A stretch of 64,000 nucleotides of DNA. Origin: Trueperaceae bacterium (GTDB lineage: Bacteria; Deinococcota; Deinococci; Deinococcales; Trueperaceae). The notes under the pieces are model-generated. The model did not search any database. It was given only the letters and a program-made list of their open reading frames with translations, and was not told where the DNA came from. Below are positions 29,452 to 39,921 of the stretch, one piece after another; positions within the stretch are counted from its first letter, which is position 1, and every line of letters starts with the position of its first letter. The position numbers and the translations under genes were made by a program. The stretch lies in assembly GCA_034521815.1 (NCBI GenBank), contig JAXHLW010000013.1, positions 736,001 to 800,000 of the forward strand, in the 5' to 3' direction.

Positions 29452-30048
29452 ATGAGCTCCGAACCGACCCTGCGCGACCGCGCGTACGACCTGATGACCG
29501 AATGGACGCCGTCCGAGGCGCTGCGCCGGCACATGCTCGCCGTCGAAGCCGCCGTCGTGGCGTACGCTCGCGCCGAGGAGGCCGACGAGGAGAACGTGGA
29601 CCTCTGGGCCGCGACCGCGCTGCTGCACGACTTCGACTACGAGCGGCACCCTGATCCCGACGAGAACGGTCACCCGTACGTCGGTGTACGGCACCTGAGG
29701 GAGAACGGCTGGCCGGAGGAGATGTGCGAGGCGATCCTGGGGCACGCCGACTACACCGGTGTGCAGCGCACGTCGCGGCTCGCGAAGGTGCTCTACGCCT
29801 GCGACGAGATCACCGGCCTGATCACCGCCGCGGTGCTGGTCCGTCCCGACAAGGACATCGCCAACCAGACGGTGAAGAGCCTGAAGAAGAAGTTCAAGGA
29901 CAAGGCGTTCGCGCGCGGCGTGCACCGTGACGAGGTGCGCCGCGGCGCGGAGGAGCTGGGCGTCGATCTTTGGGAGCACGTCACGTTCGTGCTGCACGCC
30001 ATGCAGGAGCGCGCGGACGCGTTGGGCCTCGACGGCCGCGACGGCTAG
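29452..30048 (+). CDS. HD-domain phosphohydrolase
   Basis: RRHMLAVE, LLHDFDYE, AILGH, DEITGLI and KKKFKDKAFA. Confidence 0.9.
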   Translation: MSSEPTLRDRAYDLMTEWTPSEALRRHMLAVEAAVVAYARAEEADEENVDLWAATALLHDFDYERHPDPDENGHPYVGVRHLRENGWPEEMCEAILGHADYTGVQRTSRLAKVLYACDEITGLITAAVLVRPDKDIANQTVKSLKKKFKDKAFARGVHRDEVRRGAEELGVDLWEHVTFVLHAMQERADALGLDGRDG

Positions 30049-30073
30049 GGCGCGCTAGGGTGCGCTAGGACGC
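30044..30073. repeat. 10-bp tandem repeat, 3 copies
   Basis: GCTAGGGCGC / GCTAGGGTGC / GCTAGGACGC. Confidence 0.8.
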
Positions 30074-30074
30074 G

Positions 30075-31040
30075 TCAAGGAGCGCTCGCGGACGGCTCGC
30101 TCGGAACGGCGTCGAACGCGTCGGGCGGCGTCAGGCGCCGCCAGTTCCATTCGCCGTCGCGCCTGGGCGGCCAGATCACGGCCGTCGCCCGACCGGCGAT
30201 GGTGATCTCGTCGATAGGACCGAAGTAGCGCGAGTCCTCGCTTCCGCCCGCCGAGGCCTGACGGTTGTCGCCCATCACCCAGTAGGTGTCCTCCGGAAGC
30301 ACGATCTCGTGCAGGAACGGCTCGCCCTCCGGCGCATCCGCCGGAATGGGCGCGAGGGCGTCGACGGTCTCGCCGTAGTACAGCTGCAGCCGAGGATCGG
30401 ACAACGGCACGGCGGGCGGGAAGCGATCGTTCATCGGCAGCTGCGGCACGGCGGTGCCGCCCAGCGTCGTCGCGAAGCGCACGTTCAGGCCCGCCAGCTC
30501 GCCGTCGCGCACCGTCACCACCGGAAAGTCGATGGCATCGGGCGTGATCTCGCCGCTGCCCGCGATGAAGCCCTGATCGACCTCCACGCCGTTCACGATC
30601 ACCTGTCCGTCGTCGATGCGGACCGAGTCGCCCCCCTTGGCGATGACGCGCTTGATGAAGAACGGCCGACGGTCGCGCTCCTGGGCGGTGGGGGCGTTCG
30701 GCGGCTCGCGCACGACGACGATCTCGCCGCGCCGGTACGGCCCCAGCACGCCGGCACGGCGAAGCCAGGTGTCGTACTTCGGGATGAACACCCGGTCGCC
30801 GGTGGCCAGCGACAACAGCACGTTCGAGCTGCCCACCCCGCCGTTCAGGTTGGGCCGCATCGAGCTGCCCACGACGCCGACGGTGTTGAACACGAACGTG
30901 ACGACGAGGAACGCGATGGCCAGCGCCTCGGCGTAGCCGCGCACCTCGGTCCAGAAACGTTGCGAGAAGGACGGCTTGGCTGCGCGTCCAGACGAGGTCC
31001 TGTCGGAGCGTGCGGTCGACGCGCGGCGCGATTCAGGCAT
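30075..31040 (-). CDS. lepB: Signal peptidase I
   Basis: TM, GSSMRPNL, FIKRV and MGDNR...SEDSRYFG. Confidence 0.95.
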   Translation of the reverse strand: MPESRRASTARSDRTSSGRAAKPSFSQRFWTEVRGYAEALAIAFLVVTFVFNTVGVVGSSMRPNLNGGVGSSNVLLSLATGDRVFIPKYDTWLRRAGVLGPYRRGEIVVVREPPNAPTAQERDRRPFFIKRVIAKGGDSVRIDDGQVIVNGVEVDQGFIAGSGEITPDAIDFPVVTVRDGELAGLNVRFATTLGGTAVPQLPMNDRFPPAVPLSDPRLQLYYGETVDALAPIPADAPEGEPFLHEIVLPEDTYWVMGDNRQASAGGSEDSRYFGPIDEITIAGRATAVIWPPRRDGEWNWRRLTPPDAFDAVPSEPSASAP

Positions 31041-31050
31041 GCCGGAGAGT

Positions 31051-31998
31051 CTACCGCGGACGCGTCTTCGGGCCCGCCTTTCGCCTGGACGCCGACACGG
31101 TCTCGGTGGCCTGCCCGGCCGCCTGGTCAGCGGCTCTCTCGCGGTCGGGCGTCGGCGGGAGCTTGTCGGGCCGCTCGCGAGCGAGATCCTCGAACGTCCG
31201 CTCCGCCGTCGTTCGACCCATGGCGACGATCGCCTCGAACTCCCGGAACGACTCGATCCGGTACTTGGGCATGTCCAACGCGACGCGTACGTCCGCGGGG
31301 TGCAGCGTGTACTGCAGCTCGGTCAGGATCGCCTGCATCACGTCGGTGGACCGAAGCAGCATCTCGGCCATCGGGCTGCGACGCTCCAGCCGGACGGTCG
31401 CGACCATCCGCTCCCACCAGCTTCCCTCGCCGCCGTTCAGCACGAACGTCGAGCGACGTGGAGGGGTCGCGTCGGAGGCGATCACGTAGTCGCACCCCAG
31501 CAGCCCGGCGGCGGCGACGGGCAGGTTGTTCACGATCCCGCCGTCCGCCAGCGTTCGTCCCTGGATCACGACCGGCTCGAACGCTCCGGGAAAGCTGCTC
31601 GACGCCCGCACGGCGTCCGCGAGCGGGCCGTCCAGAACGATGTGCTCCTCGCCGGTCTCGACGTCCGTCGTGGTCACGGCCAAGGGAACCTCGAGATCGG
31701 CGAAGGTGGCCGGCAGGTGCGCGGCCAGGAACGCCTGGAGCTTGTCGCCCTTCAGCAATCCGGCCTGCAGGCTGAGATCGAACACGTCTCGCCAGCTGAG
31801 CGCGTGGGCCAAATCGTAGATCTCGTCGGCGGAGCGTCCTGCGGCGTAGAGGGCCCCCAAGATCGCGCCCATCGACGTGCCCGCGACGGCGTCGATGCGC
31901 ACGCCGCGCGCCTCGAGCGCCTGCAGCACGCCGATATGCGCGAACCCTCGCGCGCCGCCGCCCGACAGCACCAAGCCGACCCCGCGCCGCTTCCTCAT
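31051..31998 (-). CDS. Patatin-like phospholipase
   Basis: GGGARG, GTSMG and DGG. Confidence 0.93.
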   Translation of the reverse strand: MRKRRGVGLVLSGGGARGFAHIGVLQALEARGVRIDAVAGTSMGAILGALYAAGRSADEIYDLAHALSWRDVFDLSLQAGLLKGDKLQAFLAAHLPATFADLEVPLAVTTTDVETGEEHIVLDGPLADAVRASSSFPGAFEPVVIQGRTLADGGIVNNLPVAAAGLLGCDYVIASDATPPRRSTFVLNGGEGSWWERMVATVRLERRSPMAEMLLRSTDVMQAILTELQYTLHPADVRVALDMPKYRIESFREFEAIVAMGRTTAERTFEDLARERPDKLPPTPDRERAADQAAGQATETVSASRRKAGPKTRPR

Positions 31999-32083
31999 GG
32001 CACGACCGTAGCATCGTCGCGCGGCCCTCGAGGGCCCCGCGACGATCGATCGTGGTTCTGCGTTCGACGTACCGCTGCGTCGC

Positions 32084-33388
32084 CTACTCGGTCTCGGCGT
32101 CCTCTTCGGGCGCGACCGATTCGGGCACGACCGAGAGCGTCACCTCGACGGTGATCTCCTCGCCGCTGCGAAGAACGGTGAGGGAGACGGTATCTCCGGC
32201 GTCCTTGGCGAAGACGACGCGCTGCAGGTCGCGGGCCGACGTCACCGGCTCGCCGTCGATCGCGGTGATCACGTCGTCGGGCACGGGCAGCGTCCGCCCG
32301 CCCACGTCGAGCGCCATGCCGCTGGGTCGCAGGCCGGCCTCGTCCGCCGCGCTGCCGGGCGCCACCTCGATCACGGCCACGCCTTCGTCGGGCAGCGACA
32401 GCCGGTCCCGCACCTGTCGCGGGTAGGCGGCGACGTCCTGCACCGTGATGCCCAGCCGCGGCCGGGTCTCGACGCTGACGAAGCCGCCCTCGCGGAGCTC
32501 GTCCAGCGTCTGCGCCAGGACGGAGCTGGGCACGGCGAAGCCGATCCCCAGCGATCCGCGCTGGCCGGTCGCGCCGACGTTCGGGATGATCGCGGTGTTC
32601 ACGCCGATGAGGCGGCCGCCCGAATCGAGCAGCGGGCCACCCGAGTTGCCGGGGTTGATCGCCGCGTCGGTCTGGACCAGCGACACCCCGACCTCGCCGA
32701 CGCCTTGCAGGGTCCGGCCGATCGCCGAGACGATGCCGGTGGTGACGGTCGACTCGAACCCGAACGGATTGCCGATGGCGATCGCCTTCTGGCCGACGAG
32801 CGGCAGCTCCTCGCCCAGCGGGATGGGGTTCAGTCCGCTGGGAAGCTCGTCCGGGTCCACCAGCTCCAGCAGCGCGAGGTCGTACAGCGCGTTCGCGCCG
32901 ACGACGCGGACGGGGACCGTGGAGCCGTCCTGGAAGCTGACCGTCATGTCGGCCCCGTCCAGCAGCTCGGTCGAGCTCTCCTGAAGCGCTCGTTCCACGA
33001 CGTGGTAGTTCGTGACGATTCTGCCGTCGGCATCGACCACGAACCCGCTGCCCGAGCCGCGTTGCGGCGCCTGGCGCTGCTCGAACTGCGGCAGGAACTG
33101 GCGGAACATCGGCGGGATCTGGTCCTCGGGGATGCCTTCGAGCGGATTCGTCATCCGCCCCTCGACCGTGACGTTGACCGCGACGACGGCGGAGCCGTAG
33201 CGCTCGACGATCTCGACGGTGTTGCGCTCGTCCTCCAGCAGCGGCCCGTCGGCGACGGGATCGCTGGCGTTCTGGGCGTCGGCGCTCGCGAACGGCGTCA
33301 GCTGCCACGCGGCCAGCAGCGACGCTGCGGCCAGCAGCGAGGCGAGAATGATTCGGATGCGGGGCGTTCGGGTCATCGTTCGGGACAT
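32084..33388 (-). CDS. htrA: HtrA/DegP-family serine protease with PDZ domain
   Basis: Signal peptide, TNYHVV, DLALL, DAAINPGNSGGPL and a C-terminal PDZ. Confidence 0.95.
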   Translation of the reverse strand: MSRTMTRTPRIRIILASLLAAASLLAAWQLTPFASADAQNASDPVADGPLLEDERNTVEIVERYGSAVVAVNVTVEGRMTNPLEGIPEDQIPPMFRQFLPQFEQRQAPQRGSGSGFVVDADGRIVTNYHVVERALQESSTELLDGADMTVSFQDGSTVPVRVVGANALYDLALLELVDPDELPSGLNPIPLGEELPLVGQKAIAIGNPFGFESTVTTGIVSAIGRTLQGVGEVGVSLVQTDAAINPGNSGGPLLDSGGRLIGVNTAIIPNVGATGQRGSLGIGFAVPSSVLAQTLDELREGGFVSVETRPRLGITVQDVAAYPRQVRDRLSLPDEGVAVIEVAPGSAADEAGLRPSGMALDVGGRTLPVPDDVITAIDGEPVTSARDLQRVVFAKDAGDTVSLTVLRSGEEITVEVTLSVVPESVAPEEDAETE

Positions 33389-33512
33389 GGGTCGTCCTCC
33401 TCGTCGAAACGGCGCTCGATCGGGAGCACCTCGTGGGTTTACGTACCCAAAGGATAGACGCTGCGTCTGAGAGTCACGTTGTAGGGAGATGAACGGGTCG
33501 TGATAGCGCGGC

Positions 33513-34469
33513 TCAGGCCTTGTCGTCCGCGGCCGTCCCGGTGCCGGTCTCCGTCGCAGCCGCCTCGCCGGGCGAGCGGCCGACCGGCTCGCTGCTCGAC
33601 GCGCGCTCGATCGCCACGACGACGCCGATCGCGATCGCCACCAGCGCAGCCGCCACCGCCGCCTCCCACGCCCCGGGCGGAAGCTCGGCGACGCTCCGTG
33701 CCCCCTCCAGCCGTTGCCACGGCCACACCTTGCGAAGGGAGCCGGCCAGGAACCCGGCCAGAACCCCGAGCACCGACGCCGGCCAGCGAGCCAGCATGGT
33801 CGCCAGCAGGCGCGAGAACCCCAACAGCCCGATCACCATGCCGAGCCCCAGCGGAACGAGCACCGAGGTGTCGAAGCCCGACACGGCGGCGAGCACCTCC
33901 TCGTACTTGCCGAGAAGCACGAGGATGAACGCGCCCGACACGCCCGGCAGCAACAGAGCGCTGACGGCCAACGTCCCGGAGAGGACCAGCATCGCGGGCG
34001 TGTCGGGCGTGGCGGCCGGCACCAAGCCGACCAGGACGAACGCGAACACGGCGCCGACCACGGCGAACACCGTCGCGACACGGCGCCGTGAGCGAATCCG
34101 GCGCACGACGACCCCGACCGAGGCGGCGATCAGGCCGAAGAACACGGCGTAGACCGAGACCGGGTACGCCTGGAGCAGGCCGTGGAGCACGCGGGGGAGA
34201 GCCACGATCGCCACGGCGATGCCCGTGGCCAGGGCCGCAAGGAATCCACCGTCGACGCTCCGCCACGCCTCGCCCAGGCGGCCAGCGAGCAGAGCCCGCC
34301 AGGTGGGGCCCGCCGTGATCGCACCCAGCGCGGCGATCAGCCGCCGGTAGATGCCGAGCACCAACGCCATCGTCCCGCCCGAGACGCCCGGAACGAGGTC
34401 CGCAGCGCCCATGGCGATCCCCCGTAGCGCGATGGCCCATGGACGGTGACGACGATCCGGCTCCAGCAC
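33513..34469 (-). CDS. DUF368 membrane protein (putative undecaprenyl-phosphate translocase)
   Basis: GAADLVPGVSGGT and LLPGVSGAFIL repeats. TAGCGT 7 nt before GTG 34469. Confidence 0.9.
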   Translation of the reverse strand: MLEPDRRHRPWAIALRGIAMGAADLVPGVSGGTMALVLGIYRRLIAALGAITAGPTWRALLAGRLGEAWRSVDGGFLAALATGIAVAIVALPRVLHGLLQAYPVSVYAVFFGLIAASVGVVVRRIRSRRRVATVFAVVGAVFAFVLVGLVPAATPDTPAMLVLSGTLAVSALLLPGVSGAFILVLLGKYEEVLAAVSGFDTSVLVPLGLGMVIGLLGFSRLLATMLARWPASVLGVLAGFLAGSLRKVWPWQRLEGARSVAELPPGAWEAAVAAALVAIAIGVVVAIERASSSEPVGRSPGEAAATETGTGTAADDKA

Positions 34470-34568
34470 GGCCCGAACGCTAGCACGCAGGAACGCTGCG
34501 CAGGCGTGACCCGACACGTGCGACGACGACGCGACGTGGCCGGGTGCGGTACGCTCGGACCTGCCGAT

Positions 34569-34871
34569 ATGGACGACGACCGCAGCCACGACCCGACCGA
34601 CGATTCGCGCACCGACCCCCAGGGCACGCTCGACGACGTGCCCGAGGCAGGGGTCGACCCGGCGCTGTTGGACAGCCTGGCGGGCCAGCTGGTGTGGCGC
34701 ATCGGTCGTGCGGCCGAGGACGCGCCGGTCACGGTGCGCGTCGGGCTCGCCAGCGCCGCGTCGGCCTTCGCCGAGCTCCCGCGCCTGAGGAACGCCACCG
34801 ACGCGGAGCTTCGCGACGCGATCGACGCGGGCGAGGTCCGTGTCGAGTGGGTCGGGACGAAGGGGCGTTGA
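34569..34871 (+). CDS. DUF3248-like protein
   Basis: LVWRIGR...VRVGLAS...FAELPRL...VRVEWV, recalled as a Deinococcota family. Confidence 0.8.
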   Translation: MDDDRSHDPTDDSRTDPQGTLDDVPEAGVDPALLDSLAGQLVWRIGRAAEDAPVTVRVGLASAASAFAELPRLRNATDAELRDAIDAGEVRVEWVGTKGR

Positions 34872-34873
34872 CG

Positions 34874-35377
34874 GTGCGCCTGGTCCGTCATGTGGAGTTC
34901 GACGTGTTCTCGACCCTGAGTCGTGCGAGCGCCGTCTCGTTCGTTCGCGACGTGCGCAGGAGCCTGTCCCACGCGGAGTTCCTGGAGCGGCTCGAGAGCG
35001 ACGCCGATGGCATCGTCACGGCGCAGCTTCCGGTGAACGCCGCGCTGTTCGGGCAGCAGAAGCTCCGCTTCCGGAGTCGGCTCGTACCGACCCCGACCGG
35101 CGGGATGCTCGAAGGCCTGGAGCTCGACGACGTGCCCGGCTGGGCGCGCGTGTCCGGCCAGGCGGTCGTCGCTGCCGAGCCGGGCGGAAGCCGCCTACAC
35201 TACCGCTTCGAGATCGAGATCCACCTCGCGCTGCCCGAAGCCGAGCGCTGGGGCGGCCGAGCGCTCGTGAAGATGATCGAGGTGACGGCGGACCAGGTGC
35301 TTCGGCGCGTCGGCGAGCGGTTTCCCGACGCGGTCGAATCGGCCGCCCGGGCGTACGAAGCGACCGTCGCCGTCTGA
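34874..35377 (+). CDS. DUF3809-like (SRPBCC/CoxG-like) protein
   Basis: FRSRL, GWARVSG and LPEAERWGGRALVKM. Abuts the DUF3248-like gene. Confidence 0.7.
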   Translation: MRLVRHVEFDVFSTLSRASAVSFVRDVRRSLSHAEFLERLESDADGIVTAQLPVNAALFGQQKLRFRSRLVPTPTGGMLEGLELDDVPGWARVSGQAVVAAEPGGSRLHYRFEIEIHLALPEAERWGGRALVKMIEVTADQVLRRVGERFPDAVESAARAYEATVAV

Positions 35378-35406
35378 GTCGCGTACGTCCGAGCCTCGCA
35401 CGCACG

Positions 35407-36762
35407 TCACTTTCCGACGCAGAAGTTCGCGAACACGTGCTCCAGCGTGGCCTCGGCGATGTCGCCCCGGCCGGTCAGCGACGCCAGCGTGTCCAGCGCG
35501 TCCACCAGGTCCAGCGCCATCAGGTCGTCGGGCGCATCGACCGCTCGCGCCAGCGCCGCCTCGGTGCGGGCCAACGCGTCGGCGTGGCGCTCGTGCGTGA
35601 TCCACAGCTCGCTGCCTGCGGCGTCGCCCAGCAGCCGTTCCGAGATCGCGTCGCGGAGCTTCGCCAGCCCATCGCCGCGCGTGGCGCTGACGGCGATCTG
35701 GGTCGGCGCCCCCGCTCCGGCGTCGCCCTCGCTCCACGCGGCGGGAAGGTCGGCCTTGCTGGCGACGATCAACGTCCTCTGGGCCGCGAGCCGCTCGATC
35801 AGATCGAGATCCGAGCGCTCCAGCGGTACCGAGCGATCCAGCAGGCACAGCACCAGATCGGCCTGATCGGCAAGCTCCAGCGCCCGCTGCACCCCCGACG
35901 CCTCGACGGCGTCCTCGGTCGCGCGCACCCCAGCGGTGTCCACCGCCGTCAGCGGAACCCCTCCGAGCTCCAACGGCGCCTCGAGGTAGTCGCGCGTGGT
36001 GCCCGGCACGTCGGACACGATCGAGCGCTCGTACCCCAGCAGCGCGTTCAGCAGGCTGGACTTGCCGGCGTTGGGCCGGCCCACGATCGCGAGCCTGGCG
36101 CCACGCTGCACCAGCGAGCCGGCGTCGGCGGTGGCCAGCAGCTCGGCGATCCGTCGCCGCACCGCCGTCAGGGCGGGTCGCACGTCACGTAGCTCGACGC
36201 CCTCTTCGGGGTAGTCCAGAACCGCCGTCAGATCGCCGTACGCCTGCGTCAGATCGTCCTGCAGGCGATCGAGCTCGCTGGAGAGCCGGTGGGTGAGTCC
36301 GTGCGCGGCGCTCCGTCGCGCACGCTCGCTGCGAGCCTGCACGATGCCGAGCACGCTCTCGGCCTGGACCAGGTCCATCTTCCCGGCCAGGTACGCCCGC
36401 AAGGTGAACTCGCCGGGACCCGCCGCGCGCGCGCCGTGCGCCAGGCACGCCGCCAGCACGCGACGAAGCACGGCCGGTCCGCCGTGCGTCTGGATCTCGA
36501 CGGCGTCCTGCCCGGTGTAGCTGCGTGGTGCCCGGAACACCAGCAGGAGTCCTTCGTCGACGACGCCGCCTCCGTCCTCGACCCGCCCGACGACCACCTG
36601 GTGGCTGGGCCGCCGCGAGGGAGAGGGCCCTCCCAGCGGGCGGAAGACCGCGTCGGCGACCTGCAGGGCGTCGGGTCCGGCGACGCGAACGACGCCGATC
36701 GCGCCCTCGCCGGGCGCGGTGGCGATCGCGGCGATGGTGTCTCCAGGCGGGGGGAGCGGCAC
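35407..36762 (-). CDS. mnmE: tRNA modification GTPase MnmE
   Basis: DTIAAIAT, PRSYTGQD, GRPNAGKSS and C-terminal FCVGK. Confidence 0.98.
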   Translation of the reverse strand: MPLPPPGDTIAAIATAPGEGAIGVVRVAGPDALQVADAVFRPLGGPSPSRRPSHQVVVGRVEDGGGVVDEGLLLVFRAPRSYTGQDAVEIQTHGGPAVLRRVLAACLAHGARAAGPGEFTLRAYLAGKMDLVQAESVLGIVQARSERARRSAAHGLTHRLSSELDRLQDDLTQAYGDLTAVLDYPEEGVELRDVRPALTAVRRRIAELLATADAGSLVQRGARLAIVGRPNAGKSSLLNALLGYERSIVSDVPGTTRDYLEAPLELGGVPLTAVDTAGVRATEDAVEASGVQRALELADQADLVLCLLDRSVPLERSDLDLIERLAAQRTLIVASKADLPAAWSEGDAGAGAPTQIAVSATRGDGLAKLRDAISERLLGDAAGSELWITHERHADALARTEAALARAVDAPDDLMALDLVDALDTLASLTGRGDIAEATLEHVFANFCVGK

Positions 36763-36763
36763 C

Positions 36764-38056
36764 TCAGGCGGCCGCCTCCACGAACGACTCGGCGGCGGCC
36801 TCGACGATGCGCTCGACCTGGGCCTCGCTCAGGGCGTAGGACAGGAACGCCGACTCGAACGCGCTGGGCGGCCAGTACACGCCGCGCTGGAGCATGCCGT
36901 GGAACCAGCGGCCGAAGGTGCGAGCGTCGGTCGTGCCCGCCGTGACGTCGTCGCGCACGGGAACGTCGGTGAAGAACGGGGTGAGCATCGATCCGACCCG
37001 GTTGACGATCAGGGGGACGCCGGCAGCGTGCGCGCCCGCCTCCAGACCGGCCTGGAGCTGCGCGCCTCTCGCTTCGAGCGTGGCGTACAGGTCGGGGAGC
37101 GCGTCCATCGCCCGGAACGTGGCCTGTCCGGCCGCCATCGCGAGCGGGTTTCCCGACAGGGTCCCCGCCTGGTACACGCGGCCGACCGGCGAGACGTGGT
37201 CCATGATCTCGGCCGGGCCGCCGTAGGCGCCGACCGGCAGGCCGCCGCCGATGATCTTGCCCCAGCACACCAGGTCGGGCTCGAGCTCCAGCAGCTCCGT
37301 CGCGCCGCCGCGCGCCAGGCGGAAGCCGGTCATCACCTCGTCGGCGATGAGCAGAGCGCCGTGCTCGCGTGTCAGCTCGCGCAAGGCGTCCAGGAACGCC
37401 GGCTCCGGCTCGACGACGCCCATGTTGCCGACGACAGGCTCGAAGATCACGGCGGCGATCTCGTCGCCCTCCTTCTCGAACAGCGCGCGCAGACCGTCCG
37501 GGTCGTTGTAGCGAGCGACCGAGGTGAGCCCGGCGATCGCGTCCGGCACGCCGGCGCTGGAGGGGATCCCCGTCGTCAGCGCGCCCGATCCGGCCGCGAC
37601 GAGCAGCCCGTCGGCGTGCCCGTGGTAGTTCCCCGCGAACTTCACGATCCGGTCGCGGCCGGTCGCGCCGCGGGCCACGCGCAGCGCGCTCATCGTGGCC
37701 TCGGTGCCGCTGTTCACGAAGCGGATCCGGTCGAGGGCGGGGTAGCGACCCAGAACGGTCTCGGCGAGGTCCACCTCGCGCCGCGTCGGCGCACCGAAGC
37801 TGGTGCCGTCGCGAGCCGCGTCGGTCACCGCCTCGACGACCTCTGGATGCGCGTGCCCCAGGATCATCGGCCCCCACGAGCCGACCGCGTCCAGGTAGGC
37901 GTTTCCGTCCTCGTCCCAGACGGTCGCCCCCTCGCCGCGGACCAGGAACGGGGGCGTGCCGCCGACGCTCCCGAAGGCGCGGGCGGGCGAGTTGACGCCC
38001 CCGGGGATGAGGCGCTGCGCACGGGCGAACAGGTCCTTCGATCGGCTCGTATCCAT
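36764..38056 (-). CDS. hemL: Glutamate-1-semialdehyde 2,1-aminomutase
   Basis: PGGVNSP, NSGTEATM, DEVMTGFR and GKIIGGGLP. Alternative start 38065. Confidence 0.97.
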   Translation of the reverse strand: MDTSRSKDLFARAQRLIPGGVNSPARAFGSVGGTPPFLVRGEGATVWDEDGNAYLDAVGSWGPMILGHAHPEVVEAVTDAARDGTSFGAPTRREVDLAETVLGRYPALDRIRFVNSGTEATMSALRVARGATGRDRIVKFAGNYHGHADGLLVAAGSGALTTGIPSSAGVPDAIAGLTSVARYNDPDGLRALFEKEGDEIAAVIFEPVVGNMGVVEPEPAFLDALRELTREHGALLIADEVMTGFRLARGGATELLELEPDLVCWGKIIGGGLPVGAYGGPAEIMDHVSPVGRVYQAGTLSGNPLAMAAGQATFRAMDALPDLYATLEARGAQLQAGLEAGAHAAGVPLIVNRVGSMLTPFFTDVPVRDDVTAGTTDARTFGRWFHGMLQRGVYWPPSAFESAFLSYALSEAQVERIVEAAAESFVEAAA

Positions 38057-38119
38057 GGGCCGCATGTTCGCACGCGTGCGCGCCCTGGCCCGTGTCCGCG
38101 CCTGCCCGTCCGCATGCTC

Positions 38120-38155
38120 GCGTGTCCTGCCTGCGTGTCCTGCCTGCGTGTCCTG
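38120..38155. repeat. 13-bp tandem repeat, about 2.8 copies
   Basis: GCGTGTCCTGCCT units. Confidence 0.85.
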
Positions 38156-38238
38156 TCCGGGCGGCTCGGGCCGGGCAGGCGCACGGCGAGTTGGTATCGT
38201 CCGCCGTGGCCCGCGCTGCGCGGCCCCCGGAGGTGCGC

Positions 38239-39100
38239 GTGGACATCATCGTCGCTCTGCAGGCCGTCGCGAACCCGACCTTCGACGCCTTCGCGTTGGC
38301 CTTGACCAACATCGGCTCGGAAGAGGCGTACGTCGCGCTGCTCGTGGTCGGCTACCTGGCGATCGATGCCCGCGCGACCCGGACCGTCGGACTGGGGCTC
38401 CTTGCCGGCTACTACCTCAACCAGCTGCTCAAGGAGGCGTTCGACACCGTCCGCCCGTACGTCGAGCATCCCGAGCTGCTGAGAGGCGAAGCGGCGCGCC
38501 GGACCGGGCCCGGTCCGGCCTTCCCCAGTGGACACGCGCAGAGCGCCGCGACGTTCTGGGGGCTGATCGCCGCCGTGGCGCGCCGCGCCTGGGTGACGTG
38601 GACGGCCGTCGCGCTGATCGTCGTGATCGGCGCGACCCGCGTGTACCTGGGGGTCCACTGGCCGATCGACGTGGCGGGCGGCTGGGTGGTGGGGGCGGCG
38701 ACGGTGGCGGCCGTCGTCCTGATCGCCGGCCGGCGACCCCGCCTGGGCACCGTCGCGACGGTGGCGGCGTTCGTGGTCGTGCCTGTCGCCGTGCACCTGT
38801 GGCTGACCACCCCCGAGAGCGGCCGGCTCGCGGGCGCGTTCGCGGGCTTCGGCACTGCGCCGCGGCTGTATCGCCATCAGGTCCGCGGCGGACCCGCCCA
38901 GCCGCACGGCCCTCGCCCTGCTCGGCTTGGCGCTGGTCTTCGCGTGGCTTCTCGGCACCAGCGTGCTGCTTTCCGACGCGGTGAAGGGGCACGCTTTGGT
39001 CGCGCCCGTGCGCTACCTGCTGCTGGCCTGGGCAGGCCTCGTGGTCGCCCCCTGGCTCGGAGCGCGGCTGGGCCTGGTTCCGCGCCCGGAGCGTGCGTGA
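38239..39100 (+). CDS. PAP2-family membrane phosphatase, frameshifted near 38899
   Basis: K......RP, FPSGH and RVYLGVHW..D motifs. The hydrophobic C-terminus continues in the +1 frame to TGA 39100. Confidence 0.85.
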
Positions 39101-39912
39101 GCGAAGGGAGCGTCCGACGGGTCGCGCTGACCGTCGAGTTCGACGGCACCGCGTTCAAGGGCTGGCAGTGGCAGCCGACCGGTGAGCGCACCGTCCAGGC
39201 CGCGCTCCAAGACGCGTTCGCGGCGCTTCCGGGACGCCACGGCGCGGTGCACGCGGCCGGCCGCACCGACGCGGGCGTTCACGCGCTGGCGATGGTCGCG
39301 CACTGCGACACCACCAGCCTCATCGCGGACGACAAGCTGCGGCTCGCCCTGAACGCGCACCTGCCGCGCGACGTGGCGGTCTTGGCGGTCGGCACGGTCG
39401 GGCCCGACTTCGAGGCGCAGTTCTCGTGCCGCTACCGGCGCTACCTGTACCGGATGCGGGTCGTTCGCGGCCGCCCCCGCGGGGTGGCGTTGGACCGCGG
39501 GCGCGTGCTGATGATCCACCGCGAGCTGGACGTGGACGCCATGCTCCTGGCCGCTCCACGCTTCGCGGGACGGCGGGACTTCTCCAGCCTCGCGACGCAG
39601 GAGACGCGCAGTCGGGTACGCACCGTGCACCTGTGCGAGCTGCGACCCGAGCTGGGCGAGCTGCGGCTCCACGTGGCGGCCGACGGGTTCCTGCGCGGCA
39701 TGGTCCGCGCCATCGCCGGCACGCTCGTTCGGATCGGCGAGCTCGGCTCGGACCCAGGGCTCGTGGACGAGATTCTGGCGGCCCGGGACCGACGACGAGC
39801 GGGAGCAGCGGCCCCTCCGCACGCGCTGTACTTCGCCGAGGCCGGCTACGAGCCGTGGAGCCTCGCCCGGAGCGACGTTCGGCTGGCCGAGCGGCTGGAC
39901 CTGCCGAGGTAG
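39097..39912 (+). CDS. truA: tRNA pseudouridine(38-40) synthase TruA
   Basis: FDGTAFKGWQ, AGRTDAGVHA and FLRGMVR. GTGA overlap with the corrected PAP2 stop. Confidence 0.96.
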   Translation: MSEGSVRRVALTVEFDGTAFKGWQWQPTGERTVQAALQDAFAALPGRHGAVHAAGRTDAGVHALAMVAHCDTTSLIADDKLRLALNAHLPRDVAVLAVGTVGPDFEAQFSCRYRRYLYRMRVVRGRPRGVALDRGRVLMIHRELDVDAMLLAAPRFAGRRDFSSLATQETRSRVRTVHLCELRPELGELRLHVAADGFLRGMVRAIAGTLVRIGELGSDPGLVDEILAARDRRRAGAAAPPHALYFAEAGYEPWSLARSDVRLAERLDLPR

Positions 39913-39921
39913 GCTCGGGCC

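Noticed and set aside
33430-33505. Regulator-binding repeats or RDRM in the AT-richer htrA promoter
   Set aside because: Only a TATCCT box and a small GGGT/ACCC hairpin are clear; the candidate repeats are too degenerate to call.
38092-39912. Apparent PAP2-TruA fusion (606-aa ORF)
   Set aside because: Removing one C near 38899 restores a hydrophobic PAP2 C-terminus ending at TGA 39100 in a GTGA overlap with truA. The linker reads as off-frame sequence.
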